Shown: positions 10,753-21,892, counted from the stretch's first letter. The stretch is 64,000 nt of DNA from Aequorivita sp. (GCA_002715485.1 PAZL01000003.1:17620-81619); one strand, 5' to 3'. Numbers and translations are program-made. Notes: generated by a model not told the origin, from the letters alone.

Positions 10753-10972
10753 TTTAAAAGTGATTTTATGAAGTGTTATTAAATTTACAACAATTTGATT
10801 AGAAATAAGATATGTTGTGAATTTTAAAATTCAAGAGCCATAAATCAAAAAATCTTATGAATACTCTAAGAAGTCTAATTAGATTGTATTAAATATATAT
10901 TAAAGTCAGTTTAGAATTATGTTTGGGTGGCTTAAAATTGTACCTTCACGATAACAAAAAAATAAAAAAACT

Positions 10973-11206
10973 ATGAACAATAAAGGAAAAGGAATTTTGG
11001 CTCTGCTAGGCGTAGCAGCTGGCGCATTTGCATTTTGGAAATACAAAAATATGTCGCCCGAAGAAAAACAAAAACTTAAGGACAAAGCCAACGAAACTGG
11101 CAGAAAAATTAGAGAAAAAGTTGAAGATGTGGAGGATACAATTTCTGAAAAATACGATCAACTTAAAAATTCTGCCAAAAAAGAGGCAAGCGATCTAACA
11201 AACTAG
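10973..11206 (+). CDS. YtxH-like small protein (general stress)
   Basis: Hydrophobic N-terminus LLGVAAGA followed by a charged coiled-coil. Confidence 0.65.
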   Translation: MNNKGKGILALLGVAAGAFAFWKYKNMSPEEKQKLKDKANETGRKIREKVEDVEDTISEKYDQLKNSAKKEASDLTN

Positions 11207-11227
11207 CATTAAGATTATTAATGAATG

Positions 11228-11257
11228 AAAAAATCCCGCTCTTGGCGGGATTTTTTT
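11228..11257. terminator. Bidirectional intrinsic terminator
   Basis: AAAAAATCCCGCT-CTT-GGCGGGATTTTTTT between convergent genes. Confidence 0.85.
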
Positions 11258-11277
11258 ATGATATTCTTAATGTCTAA

Positions 11278-11724
11278 TTAATTTTTTGTGACTTTTACAG
11301 CATTCATGCCACGTTGACCTTTTTCTAGTTCAAACGAAACACTATCATTTTCAGAAATTTCATCGATTATACCACTTACATGTGTAAAATATTTTTCGCT
11401 ATTTTCATCATCGATGATAAATCCGAAGCCTTTGGATGAGTCATAAAAAGAAACTGTTCCTTTTCGCACTGGGTCAAAAGCTTCACGTTCCCCCTCTTCT
11501 TTTGGCGGAATGCCAAGCACAATGTCTTCGGCATCTATTTCTGGTTTAAGAGATGGATCTGGCGGTGTATCGGTTAAGTTTCCGTTATGGTCCACATAAA
11601 CAAAATCTATTCCCGGTGTTTTTTCAGCCTTACGCGCTTCTTTTTTCTTTTGTTTTTCTTCACGCTTTTTCAGCTTTGCTTTTTCTTTTTCTTTCTTACT
11701 GTATGTTTGTTGCGATTTCGCCAT
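11278..11724 (-). CDS. Cold-shock domain protein with Lys-rich N-terminal extension (Bacteroidota type)
   Basis: C-terminal CSD with GTVSFYDSSKGFGFI and FTHVS RNP motifs. Confidence 0.9.
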   Translation of the reverse strand: MAKSQQTYSKKEKEKAKLKKREEKQKKKEARKAEKTPGIDFVYVDHNGNLTDTPPDPSLKPEIDAEDIVLGIPPKEEGEREAFDPVRKGTVSFYDSSKGFGFIIDDENSEKYFTHVSGIIDEISENDSVSFELEKGQRGMNAVKVTKN

Positions 11725-11900
11725 TTTCGTTTTTTAATAAAAAAAAGCCATCCACGATAAGCAGATGACTTTTAAATTAGTTTTATGTTAAATTATTTTT
11801 TATTTTGTTACCTAGATGGGTTTAAATACATTATCATCCTATTATTCCAAAGATACGGTAAATGAATGTATTAAAATCACAAAAAGGGTTAAAGTAATTT

Positions 11901-12359
11901 TTAGAGGTCTATACCGTGCCAATTTTCAGGTTTAAAAGCACCAAATTTTTTTTCCGTTTCAATCATTTTTTTTGCCACCTCTCGCATTTCCGGGGCATTG
12001 GGGGAGTTGTTTAGAATATTACTTACAATGTACATTCTTTGCTGTTCAATGTCATTGAGCATTTTATTTTTTAAATTTTGTTCTAAATCGGTCAAATATT
12101 TAATATAGTCCAGCAACAATCTTTTATTGAGTATTGCATCTTCTAAAGTTTCCAAAATAGTATCTGCCTTATCAATATTAGGCACATGATCCGTTAATTT
12201 CAATCCTTTATCAGCTGCCATTTCTTTTGTCATTCTATTCATTTCCCTCATTAGCTCTACTTGCTGCATTTTAGGAAAGGTTCGTACCCAATTTACAAAA
12301 TCTCCTTTGCCATCAATATCAGATTCCATAAATTCCAAAATTTTTTTTCTACAGTCCAC
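11901..12359 (-). CDS. Hypothetical all-helical protein
   Basis: 152-aa ORF with GTG start (ATG alternative 10 codons in); no recognised motif. Confidence 0.6.
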   Translation of the reverse strand: MDCRKKILEFMESDIDGKGDFVNWVRTFPKMQQVELMREMNRMTKEMAADKGLKLTDHVPNIDKADTILETLEDAILNKRLLLDYIKYLTDLEQNLKNKMLNDIEQQRMYIVSNILNNSPNAPEMREVAKKMIETEKKFGAFKPENWHGIDL

Positions 12360-12423
12360 GGTGTAATTTTTTTTAAATTAAAAAACACTTAAAATTTTCA
12401 GTAGAATAAAAATAAAAAATCAA

Positions 12424-12969
12424 TTATAAAGATTTTAATTTTTCGGAATGCATTTTTCTAAGCTTTGCAAGTTTGGGTGAAATGACTGCCGTACAGTAGC
12501 CTTGCGATTGATTTTTAGCATAGTAATCTTGATGATAATCTTCTGCTGGGTGAAATTTTTCCAAGGGGCTTAACTCTGTAACAATTGGATTTTCATAATA
12601 GGGTGCCATTTCCTTTAAAACTGTTTCGGCAATCGTTTTTTGTTGTTCATTGTTGTAAAAAATTACCGAACGATACTGTGTGCCCCTGTCTGCGCCTTGT
12701 CTATTTAAAGTTGTTGGGTCATGGGTAGTCATAAATATGATTAGTAGATCTTCAAATGAAATATTATTGGAATCAAAAGTAATCTGTATCACCTCGGCAT
12801 GGCCCGTGAGCCCACTACATACCTCACGATAGGTGGGTGTTCCTGGAACTTTTCCGCCAGAGTAGCCGGAAACTACTTTTTCTACTCCCTTTATTTGATT
12901 GAAGACGGCTTCTGTACACCAAAAACACCCGCCACCAACGGTCATTTGCTCTAAATTTTTATCTTTCAT
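12424..12969 (-). CDS. msrA: Peptide-methionine (S)-S-oxide reductase
   Basis: GGGCFWC, TGHAE, QYRS, AEDYHQDY. Confidence 0.95.
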   Translation of the reverse strand: MKDKNLEQMTVGGGCFWCTEAVFNQIKGVEKVVSGYSGGKVPGTPTYREVCSGLTGHAEVIQITFDSNNISFEDLLIIFMTTHDPTTLNRQGADRGTQYRSVIFYNNEQQKTIAETVLKEMAPYYENPIVTELSPLEKFHPAEDYHQDYYAKNQSQGYCTAVISPKLAKLRKMHSEKLKSL

Positions 12970-13122
12970 ATCTAAATTTTTGTAGCCTATCCAAAGATAA
13001 TTACTGAAGTATGTGTTCTGCTTAAAGTAATGTTAAACCTGTTTAGTCCATTTTGATGAAATTTATTCTTTCACTTTATAATGAAATTTATATCTTAGAA
13101 AAAAATATAAAAGCAATCCTCA

Positions 13123-13734
13123 ATGTTTAAAAAATTACTTTTCGTATTATTATTTTTAGCAAGTTGTACTCCCCTATTGTCACAAGAAAGACCTATAGAA
13201 ATCGTCGAAGAGGCAAAGGCAAACCGTTTGTTTCTCTACGCCCTTAACAAAAATGAGAAAGATCTTGACGTTTTGATTACAGTTGAGGGAACTAATTTTC
13301 GCCAGAGCAAAAGTGTGCCTAGGCCCGTACGCGTACCGGCTGCCTCAAAAGTATTGTTGACCAATTTAATAGTGGAAAGAAACAAAAGAGCTAATTACAC
13401 TTATAAATTAGAAGTAAGCGATAGCCTATCACGGCGTGCTTTACGCAGGGAGTTTGAATCAATAAAAATAGAACCTAAAAAGAAAGTGATTGTTTACATC
13501 CCCGAAAACTGTGCAAGCTGCGACACTTTGGTTTCAAATCTGGAAAAGAGCAATTATTTATATACCTCTTATCGCTTTGCGGACAAGCCCGAATTAAAGA
13601 GCCAATTAGCTCCAGCCTTTGCTAATGCTACAGTAAAATTAGATTCTATTAGCACTCCTATTATAAGCCTTGGAGGCGTGCTACACGTAAAAATTGAGGA
13701 TTACGATCAATTATTGGAAGAACTGAACAAATAG
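13123..13734 (+). CDS. Exported hypothetical protein with C-terminal glutaredoxin-like CxxC domain
   Basis: Signal peptide; ENCASCD...TPIISLGG. Confidence 0.6.
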   Translation: MFKKLLFVLLFLASCTPLLSQERPIEIVEEAKANRLFLYALNKNEKDLDVLITVEGTNFRQSKSVPRPVRVPAASKVLLTNLIVERNKRANYTYKLEVSDSLSRRALRREFESIKIEPKKKVIVYIPENCASCDTLVSNLEKSNYLYTSYRFADKPELKSQLAPAFANATVKLDSISTPIISLGGVLHVKIEDYDQLLEELNK

Positions 13735-13736
13735 AA

Positions 13737-16001
13737 CTAAAAAGGATAACCAATACCAAAATTAAAGACCGTTTCGGTTACGTCAAAATTAAAACCTTTT
13801 TCTGTAGCAGGATCGTGAAACGGTGCGGCAAAATCAAATCGCAGTACGAAACCTTGAATATCTACACGTAGGCCTACTCCAGCTCCCATTCCCAATTCTT
13901 TTATAAAATTGGAAGTGAATTTATCATTGCCTTCATAGGCGGGATTCGCTTTTGAGTTCCAAATATTTCCCGCATCGGCAAAGACAGCGCCCTTAAAGAA
14001 AGAAACTATAGGAAACCTGTACTCAATGTTTGCTTCCAAGCGAATGTTCCCAGTTTGGTCAAAATAATTATTATTAGGATTATCGGCATCGTTATAAGTA
14101 CCAGGTCCCAACGATCGGATTCTAAAAGCCCTTACGCTATACGGCCCTCCGGAGAAATATTGCTTTACGTAGGGCACTATATCAGAATTGCCATACGCAT
14201 ATCCATAACCCCCAAAAAGCCTAGTTGCAATAACCTGCTCTTTTCCAAAATTAAAATGATACCTAAAATCTGCATCAAATTTGGCGAATTGTGCATACTC
14301 CAAACCCAAAAATTCTTTTTTGCCCATCTCGTTTTCCTTTCCAAAAAGACTGATGCTATTTCCTGCAATATCTACTGTGGCATTTAGAAAGAATTGATTC
14401 TTCTTGGAAACATCTACCATTCCATTATATGTAAAGGAATAATTAAGTCCAGAAATAAATTGTTGATCAAAACTTCGCTTCAGAAAAGGGTTTTCATCTA
14501 AAATCTCCTCAAATTCGGGAGTAGTGTTTGATGGTTTTGTATAATTTATTGAAATAGGAATAATCTCGTGCGTAACATATCTATTGACCTGCCATATATA
14601 CCCAAATTGTGCAGTGCCCGAAAGCAGGGTGTATAATTTTGACCTGCTCAAATAATTTATACCCAAACTGGTTTTTGTTTTTGGAATATCATATTCAAAG
14701 AAATCCGTATCGATTTTAATGGGGAAGATAACTCTTGGAAAAATAAGCTCCGATTTCAAGCCCAGATCTATGCTCGTATTACCGCTATTGCTGCCACTGC
14801 CCAATTGAACCTCATAACCTACCCTGGCCGTAGTATTTAAAGTTTCACCACCATTAAAAAGATTTCTATTGCTATAAGTTACGGCAAGACCCGGTCCTGC
14901 AAAGCTGTTTGACTTTGTAACTGCTTGCAGTTCTGCACGGATTGCACGTTTGTTCAGTGGCGATAAATATATATTGGCTTCCAAAAATGCCAAACTATCT
15001 GTTTGCAAAGAGTCCTTTTCTTTGTACTGTATGTTTACAAACTTATAGGCCCCAATGGTAGAAAGTCGGCGGGAAGTATTACGGGAATCTTCGGGGCTAT
15101 AGAGTTGCCCTTCCTCCAAAATTATAAAGGGATCCAAATGTTTTGGTTTAAAATAGTTGGCACTATTAATATAGTTTTTTTCATTAAAGCGGGTAACATC
15201 GGTTACCGTTGAATCCTGACTGTTGTATTTTGCGTAGACATTGATTTTTGAAATTTTATATGGAATTATAGCCTTCGTTGGAACCTCATTTTTCAACCGA
15301 AGAAAAAGATCGAATTGTTTTTTTTTATATTGATTAGTATCCGCTTCAAAAATTAAAAAGCTTGAATTAAAATTATAATACCCATTATTCTTTAGTTCAC
15401 GATCTATACGTTCCCGCTCAAGTTTCATATTTGAAAGATCAAAGCGCATACCCTTTTTCAATTTTGTTTGTTCCACACTTTTCTTAATTTCAGAATAAAC
15501 TGGCTGTGGTAGGGAATCTACAGTATAGCTTGCAATTGTATAGGGTACTGAAGCTTTCACAGTATAGATTCCTGAAGCCTCTTTTTCCTTTTCATCAAAT
15601 TGTGAACTTATTTCACTGTAGAAGAAACCTCTGTTTTCCATTCTATTCCGTAATATTTCCTCAACTTCAAAAGGTTTCACATCACTTTGATAAACGGGCT
15701 CCTCTCCCATTCTTTTGTAAAAGAAACGGTTTATAAATCCTGGGTTTTCTTGCTGCATTTTGTAATAAAAATGAAGTCCGGGCCGCATTCCGAGAAATTT
15801 ACTGTTTGGCTTTGGGCGCAAGGCTTCTTCTAAAACGGTCTCAAGATTATCCTTATTCTCAATAATGGAATCTGACTTTATTTCAACTGAAGCACCTGTA
15901 TAAAGGCGCTCATCTTCGGGAATGTATTTTTTTACCGCGCAGGATTGGAGCATCAGAAATGCGATTAAACCAATTATCGTAATGTTAGAATTTTTCTTCA
16001 C
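13737..16001 (-). CDS. tamL: TamL (lipoprotein Omp85/TamA family)
   Basis: Lipobox LQSC, POTRA region, GGPYSVRAF (VRGF-like loop), C-terminal FGIGYPF; adjacent to tamB. Confidence 0.88.
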   Translation of the reverse strand: MKKNSNITIIGLIAFLMLQSCAVKKYIPEDERLYTGASVEIKSDSIIENKDNLETVLEEALRPKPNSKFLGMRPGLHFYYKMQQENPGFINRFFYKRMGEEPVYQSDVKPFEVEEILRNRMENRGFFYSEISSQFDEKEKEASGIYTVKASVPYTIASYTVDSLPQPVYSEIKKSVEQTKLKKGMRFDLSNMKLERERIDRELKNNGYYNFNSSFLIFEADTNQYKKKQFDLFLRLKNEVPTKAIIPYKISKINVYAKYNSQDSTVTDVTRFNEKNYINSANYFKPKHLDPFIILEEGQLYSPEDSRNTSRRLSTIGAYKFVNIQYKEKDSLQTDSLAFLEANIYLSPLNKRAIRAELQAVTKSNSFAGPGLAVTYSNRNLFNGGETLNTTARVGYEVQLGSGSNSGNTSIDLGLKSELIFPRVIFPIKIDTDFFEYDIPKTKTSLGINYLSRSKLYTLLSGTAQFGYIWQVNRYVTHEIIPISINYTKPSNTTPEFEEILDENPFLKRSFDQQFISGLNYSFTYNGMVDVSKKNQFFLNATVDIAGNSISLFGKENEMGKKEFLGLEYAQFAKFDADFRYHFNFGKEQVIATRLFGGYGYAYGNSDIVPYVKQYFSGGPYSVRAFRIRSLGPGTYNDADNPNNNYFDQTGNIRLEANIEYRFPIVSFFKGAVFADAGNIWNSKANPAYEGNDKFTSNFIKELGMGAGVGLRVDIQGFVLRFDFAAPFHDPATEKGFNFDVTETVFNFGIGYPF

Positions 16002-16046
16002 TTAAAATGATCCTATTTTATCTATCTATTCTAAATTATTTTTCAT

Positions 16047-19000
16047 TTACTCATCTTCTTTTTTTGGAGAAGAAGGCGTGTTTTGATTTTCGCTTTCTTC
16101 TTTATGTTTCTCTTCTTGTGTTTTCAAAATTCTTTTCTGGTCTTTTTCCTTAGTGGTCTCTCCACGAAGCAAGGCTTCCCACAATTCATCAAATTTGTTG
16201 AACTCTTGCGTAAAAATCAATGCTATTCCGCTTACTATTGTTTGCCCGTCAACAATATTTTCAAATTGATTTCTTCTAAAACCCTTTAGCCTGTATCTTC
16301 CATTTTTGGTGAGCAAATACTCCAAGGTTACATTGCCGATGAGGGGTACGGGCTCGTTGCTAGAACTGCTTCCCTGCAAATCTACTTCGCTTCCCACACG
16401 TACAATAAGTCTATCGTCAAAAAGCTTTTTTTGTGCCGCAATATCCAATTGTGTCCGTTGCTGTGCAGTTTCCCCTTGGTAATCTGTATAACTATCCAAG
16501 CCAAAGTCCAATTCCACCCCTGTATTGCCCAAAAGTTTATCTGAAAATACATTCAATTGGTCTGAAATGGCATCGTTCAAATTATCTCGTGCTACTGTTG
16601 CAAAACCACCGCTACTTCCATCGCTACCAGGTTCGGGATAAAATCTCCCAAGCACCAAAAGAGAAAAAACCTGTCTGTTTAATTCGTCCTGCTGGGTATT
16701 TACCTGTTGCAACCTACCATACACCTGCCCTCCTATTGCTCCTTGTTCGTCTTCCGGCATATCAATGTCAAATCCTATTACGGGTTGGGTGAGCTGGCCG
16801 TCAATATTTAAATACACATTGAAAGGCAATACTTGTTTATATTTATTTTTTACTGAGGGATCTGCTCCCGAAGTAACGGGTGCCATTAAAGGTGATGCGG
16901 AAGCCTTAACTGTATAAATGGCTTTCACATCCAATTTTGCATCAAAGGGATCACCAGACCAAGTAACACGGCTCTCTGGCGATAGCTCAAACCTGCGATT
17001 TACTAAATTGTATAAGTTCATCTCGTAATGACCTCCTTCAACGTCATATACACCACTTAGCGTCATCCTCCCATTGGGATTCATATTAAAGTCAAATTCA
17101 CCATCTCCAAATACTTCAAAATTATCGCCCGTTTCCTGATCGATTAGGATATTTATTTTTGCAGCCCTACCAATTTTTAAAAGTGCATCTACATCAAAAC
17201 CTGTAAAGGTTGCCGTCTTTTCAGCGCTCTTTGTTAAAATTGCATCTGGGTTTTCACGATTCACAAAAATTACTACCCCATCACGTTCCTCAATGGCCAC
17301 GCTTGAAGAAGGAAGAATATAAGTAATATCCGTATCGTCATTAATATTTATCTGAGCACTTAGTTTAGGAATTTGCAAATCACCAGTTAGTTTGGCATCT
17401 GCATCAAAGGAGGCTTTTCCATAAACAAAATCATTATCATCCTTAGTTGCATTGAGCACTTGGAAATTTTTGGCTTTCAGATTTAAATTGAAGGTAGGAT
17501 TTATAAAACTTTCTGTACCGATGGTTCCGTCCAATACCAGTTTATTTTGGTTTTCGTCAAGCACGGTAAAACCATCCATATAAAGCCCATTGTTATCTAT
17601 TCGTAAATTTTCATTAGTAAGTGTAAAAGGCGCGTTCAATTTTGTAATTGTGAAATCTGCATTTTTAAAATTTAGGCTTCCATCATATTTGGGCTCGACA
17701 GTAGTTCCCGTTACATTGAATTTTCCCGAAAAACTTCCATCGGCATTTTTCACTTCCCCCAACGTAAATCCTTCCAAAGCAGCCATTTGAAATTCATTAA
17801 TATTAAGATCCAAATTTAGTTTTGCATCGTTTTGAGTAGCAATATAATCACCTGTCAAATCAAGATCTATTTGGCCTTCCTTCAGGGCAAGATCAAAATC
17901 GTAGCTGTTGCCTCCCTTCGATTTTGCATCCACAGTCAATATGCCCAAATCAACATCCAATAAATTCAATTGCTCTACTGAAAAATCTGCCAAAAGACCT
18001 GCATTCCCAAAGGGTTCGACTAATGCCAAGTTACCGTTTAAATTCCCTTTTGCAAGCTCATCGGAAGGATTGAGATAATTTAAAATTTCGCTTAATTTGA
18101 AATTTTCAAAAGTAATGGCCGCGTGCTGTTGTGCAACCCCAGGAAGGCTATTCGTTAACTCTACCAATGCATTATTTCTTGTAAATCGAAAATTATTGAA
18201 CTCCAAATTATTATTGGTAAAAATAACCTCATTGTCGTCTGGTGTTTGCCAAGGGTTTCTGTCCAAAATTAAATCATCCGACAATACGTGAAAACGTAGG
18301 CGATCGGAAGTTCCAGTAATCTGTGACTGAATGTTTATAAGAGTACTATCTTTGTAAACTGAATTGAATTGAAGGTTAAGCTCGCCATTTTGCTGATTGC
18401 CGGCAACTTTTGTTTTGGGAATATCCAAAGGACCTCCTTTTAGGCTTTTGAAGCCTAAATCGAAAATAAATTTGTCGGTATCGGTATCCATCGTAAAGGC
18501 GAGGCTGTCCAATTCATTACCTGCGTAATTGATGTGTGGCGCCGTAATATCTGCCTTTAGTTTTCTGGCAGCTTCATCAAATGCCACATCAAGTTTTATG
18601 GTATCCAATTCTTTGACGTTTACCAAGAAAACTTCATTTAAAACCGGAGCTTCCACAATTTGCCCTTTTATGTCAAGCTTTACAGGGTTTTGGAGGGTGT
18701 CTGCAAATTCTACTTTTTTTGAAAAATAACTAGAAATATGCCGTTGTACGGAATTGCTGAATGTTGCTGGGTCGGTATTGCTTTCCAAACTTAGCTCTAC
18801 CATTTTATTGTCTAGCCAGATAGAGGTCGTATCACTCCGCACATGAGCCGTGGCCAATACATCGCCCACTAAATAGGTTCTGTCGTCATAAACCACGACC
18901 CCATCCCCAATCGTTGAAATTACATCAAAACCGTCTGCATTGGCCTCAAAATCGGCATCCAACTTAAATGCCGTCCGCACATCGCGTGCCATCAAACCAA

Positions 19001-21137
19001 GGGATTGCATATTTGCGCCTATCACGTTTAGATGTGCGCTTGCACTAGGTGAAATGGAGTCTAAAACTACGTCGGCATTTAACTTTAAATTGATGTTTTC
19101 ATCCTTATAATTCGATACGATTTCACCTTCGCCATTTTTTATTTTTCCGTTTATTTCTAAATCTTTTATTGCGTAATTATTAAATTTAAAACTACTAACA
19201 GTGGCATCCAACGTAGCATCCAAAGTATTGATTGTGCTTCCTGAACCTTCCGTTTTTAAGTTGAGGCTTATAGCCCCCAATTGCTGATTTTGGAGCAATT
19301 CATTAAGTTTATATTCTTTTATTTCAACATTCGCGTCAAAAGCAATCTGAGAATCATTTTTGAAATGTCCATCAATAATGGCAATACCCTGCGATGTGGT
19401 TAGTTGTGCCTGGGCATAGATATCTTCCATATTTCCTTCGGCACTTCCTTTAAGTGAAACGACCTGTGGTAGGCTCACGCCGAGTTCTTTTTCATTAACA
19501 AATTGAATAATATCGACACGCTTGCTTTGGGCTGAAAAATTGGGAAGATCAAATTGCAATTCGTCTGGTTTAGTGGCATTTTTAATGAACCCGTTGGCAG
19601 CAATGCGCGTAGTATTGCCCCAGTTTGCTTTCATTTGCGAAATTTGAATTGCCGAAAGATAGCCTTCAGCATCAACATTTCCTGTAATATATTTTTTGCT
19701 GAGCGTTCTTAAATATTCATTCTTTTTAAGTTCGGGCTGAAATTTGAAGATTTCTTTTAAATCTAATTGAAAAGATGGAACGTCCATAGCAATTTTTGAT
19801 TGTTCCGGCTTTTCAATCAATGCTGCCAACGAAGGATAGTCCAGGCGTAATTCTCCATTTAATTTGTTATTGTTCAGTGCAAGTTTTAAATTTTTTAATT
19901 CAAGAAAATTATCAGTTGCATTTATTTGTAGCGAAAGTTCCTTTAAATTTAAACCTGAAGCCTCTTCAAAAGTAAATGCTTCCAATTGCAACCCCGCTTT
20001 TCTATCTTTCAAAAAAATATCATTTGCCTTTAGGTTCAGATTCTTCAGCGCAATAGCGTTTGGATTGAAGATGCTCGCTTTTACTTGATTATTTGCAATG
20101 AAGTAATTGACGCTATTTCCTTCAAAATCCACAGCAGCTATAGAAAATTTAAAATCTGGCCACTCAAGGTTCTGTATATCTTGTTTTGCCGTGTCCTGAA
20201 CTTCTTTCCCCTTTTGGGGAATGCCGTTTACCTCAGTTTCCGTTTGAAGGGTAATTATTGAGTTTTTTAGATTAAAATCACCAATTTCAATATCATTATT
20301 TTTTAAATCGGCTTTTTCCAGTTCAAGGTATAGATTTGAAATTTCCAGATTTGCAGCAATCCTATCACCGTAAGATTGATAATCTGCAAAAACATTTTTT
20401 AGGGAAAGTTCATCAATTGCCAAATACGGCAGAGGTGCTTCTTCGCCTGTTGAAGGTACCGGAGATTGTATATATTTTATATTGGCATTTGCAACAGAAG
20501 CTTCAGACGCCCGGAAATCCAAGTTTTCCAAATCGGTTTTTTGCATTTGAAGTACAAGTGAACCTATCTTAAATTTGCTGTCTATTCCGAGTACAGCGTC
20601 ATCAAAAACAATATCAAAATCCTTGAGAAATATTTCCCCCAGAACAATATTCATTGGGGATGAAGCGGTATCAGATGCAACCTTTGTTGTGTCAGTTGAA
20701 GCGAACGCATCTATCAAAAACTGAAAATTATAACCGCTAATGGAATCCTTTCTAACAATATTGGCACGCATGCCCTCCCAGTCCAAATAATTTATTCCAA
20801 TTCCGTTGCCACGAATTATGGGAAGCAGCGGAACATCGGCCTCCAAGGATTTGGAATAGATCAGGGTGTCTCCTTTTTTGTCTTCGAGATAGAGACCTTT
20901 CAACATAATATTTCCGCTGAAAGTAATAAAGAATTTTTCTATTTCTACCTTGGTATGGGTCTTTCCAGAAACATAATCTACAGCTTTCTGTACGATAATG
21001 TCTTGTCCCCAGGGACTACGGATAAATAATACCAAAAGAATAAACAGGATTATAAGAGCTGCGAAAAATTTTCCGAGAATTCTTAAAAACCTATATTTTT
21101 TTTTTCCTTTTTTTTTCTTTTCCTTTTTCTTTTCCAA
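16047..21137 (-). CDS. tamB: Translocation/assembly module TamB (DUF490) protein
   Basis: 1696 aa with N-terminal TM anchor, beta-taco repeats and DUF490-type C-terminus (WSGDPFDA...QVFSLLVLGRF). Confidence 0.88.
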   Translation of the reverse strand: MEKKKEKKKKGKKKYRFLRILGKFFAALIILFILLVLFIRSPWGQDIIVQKAVDYVSGKTHTKVEIEKFFITFSGNIMLKGLYLEDKKGDTLIYSKSLEADVPLLPIIRGNGIGINYLDWEGMRANIVRKDSISGYNFQFLIDAFASTDTTKVASDTASSPMNIVLGEIFLKDFDIVFDDAVLGIDSKFKIGSLVLQMQKTDLENLDFRASEASVANANIKYIQSPVPSTGEEAPLPYLAIDELSLKNVFADYQSYGDRIAANLEISNLYLELEKADLKNNDIEIGDFNLKNSIITLQTETEVNGIPQKGKEVQDTAKQDIQNLEWPDFKFSIAAVDFEGNSVNYFIANNQVKASIFNPNAIALKNLNLKANDIFLKDRKAGLQLEAFTFEEASGLNLKELSLQINATDNFLELKNLKLALNNNKLNGELRLDYPSLAALIEKPEQSKIAMDVPSFQLDLKEIFKFQPELKKNEYLRTLSKKYITGNVDAEGYLSAIQISQMKANWGNTTRIAANGFIKNATKPDELQFDLPNFSAQSKRVDIIQFVNEKELGVSLPQVVSLKGSAEGNMEDIYAQAQLTTSQGIAIIDGHFKNDSQIAFDANVEIKEYKLNELLQNQQLGAISLNLKTEGSGSTINTLDATLDATVSSFKFNNYAIKDLEINGKIKNGEGEIVSNYKDENINLKLNADVVLDSISPSASAHLNVIGANMQSLGLMARDVRTAFKLDADFEANADGFDVISTIGDGVVVYDDRTYLVGDVLATAHVRSDTTSIWLDNKMVELSLESNTDPATFSNSVQRHISSYFSKKVEFADTLQNPVKLDIKGQIVEAPVLNEVFLVNVKELDTIKLDVAFDEAARKLKADITAPHINYAGNELDSLAFTMDTDTDKFIFDLGFKSLKGGPLDIPKTKVAGNQQNGELNLQFNSVYKDSTLINIQSQITGTSDRLRFHVLSDDLILDRNPWQTPDDNEVIFTNNNLEFNNFRFTRNNALVELTNSLPGVAQQHAAITFENFKLSEILNYLNPSDELAKGNLNGNLALVEPFGNAGLLADFSVEQLNLLDVDLGILTVDAKSKGGNSYDFDLALKEGQIDLDLTGDYIATQNDAKLNLDLNINEFQMAALEGFTLGEVKNADGSFSGKFNVTGTTVEPKYDGSLNFKNADFTITKLNAPFTLTNENLRIDNNGLYMDGFTVLDENQNKLVLDGTIGTESFINPTFNLNLKAKNFQVLNATKDDNDFVYGKASFDADAKLTGDLQIPKLSAQININDDTDITYILPSSSVAIEERDGVVIFVNRENPDAILTKSAEKTATFTGFDVDALLKIGRAAKINILIDQETGDNFEVFGDGEFDFNMNPNGRMTLSGVYDVEGGHYEMNLYNLVNRRFELSPESRVTWSGDPFDAKLDVKAIYTVKASASPLMAPVTSGADPSVKNKYKQVLPFNVYLNIDGQLTQPVIGFDIDMPEDEQGAIGGQVYGRLQQVNTQQDELNRQVFSLLVLGRFYPEPGSDGSSGGFATVARDNLNDAISDQLNVFSDKLLGNTGVELDFGLDSYTDYQGETAQQRTQLDIAAQKKLFDDRLIVRVGSEVDLQGSSSSNEPVPLIGNVTLEYLLTKNGRYRLKGFRRNQFENIVDGQTIVSGIALIFTQEFNKFDELWEALLRGETTKEKDQKRILKTQEEKHKEESENQNTPSSPKKEDE

Positions 21138-21268
21138 AGCAAATCTTGGTCGAATTCAAAAATATAAAAATTCCCAATCAATACTACAGCTAATCACGCT
21201 AACTATCTAGAATTTGGCATAAACTTGTGTTAAATATAAGTCTATAAGAAAATGGGAATATCAATTTC

Positions 21269-21282
21269 TTACCATACATCAA
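21269..21282 (+). promoter_or_regulatory. Crp/Fnr-type operator upstream of yceI
   Basis: TTACCATACATCAA (ATCAA Fnr half-site), 22 nt upstream of TATCTTTG -7 element at 21305-21312. Confidence 0.65.
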
Positions 21283-21347
21283 TGTAGGGATTTACAATAG
21301 CAAATATCTTTGCTTTATAAAGATTTAATAATTTAAATTCAATACCT

Positions 21348-21872
21348 ATGGATGATAAAGAAAAAACAATTTGGAAAATTGACACTGCACATTCAGAAGT
21401 CAATTTTAAAGTAAAACACATGATGATTTCAACTGTAACGGGGATTTTTGAACAATTTGATGGAAAAATTGAAACTATTGATAAAGATTTTAAAAATGCT
21501 GATTTTTACTTCTCCGTTAAAATTGATTCAATAAACACTAACAATAAAGACCGAGACACCCATTTAAGAAGTGATGATTTTTTTGGAGTTGAAAAATATC
21601 CGGAACTTACATTCAAATCCAAATCTTTTGATGGTGCTAAAATGATTGGAGATATTACTATAAAGGGTGTTACACAACAAATAACATTAGATGCCGAGTA
21701 TAACGGAACTGCTGTTGATCCTTATGGCCAAAACAAGGCAGGTTTTGAGTTTGAAGGCAGCTTAAATCGTAAAGATTTTGGATTAAGCTGGAGTGCAGTG
21801 ACCGAAGCGGGAAATGTAGTAGTTAGCGATAAAGTAAAACTAATTGCATCGTTACAATTTATCAAGCAATAA
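21348..21872 (+). CDS. yceI: YceI family protein
   Basis: WKIDTAHSEVNFKVKHMMIS, RDTHLRSDDFF, NRKDFGL. Confidence 0.92.
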   Translation: MDDKEKTIWKIDTAHSEVNFKVKHMMISTVTGIFEQFDGKIETIDKDFKNADFYFSVKIDSINTNNKDRDTHLRSDDFFGVEKYPELTFKSKSFDGAKMIGDITIKGVTQQITLDAEYNGTAVDPYGQNKAGFEFEGSLNRKDFGLSWSAVTEAGNVVVSDKVKLIASLQFIKQ

Positions 21873-21892
21873 TTTACTATACTCTTTTAATT

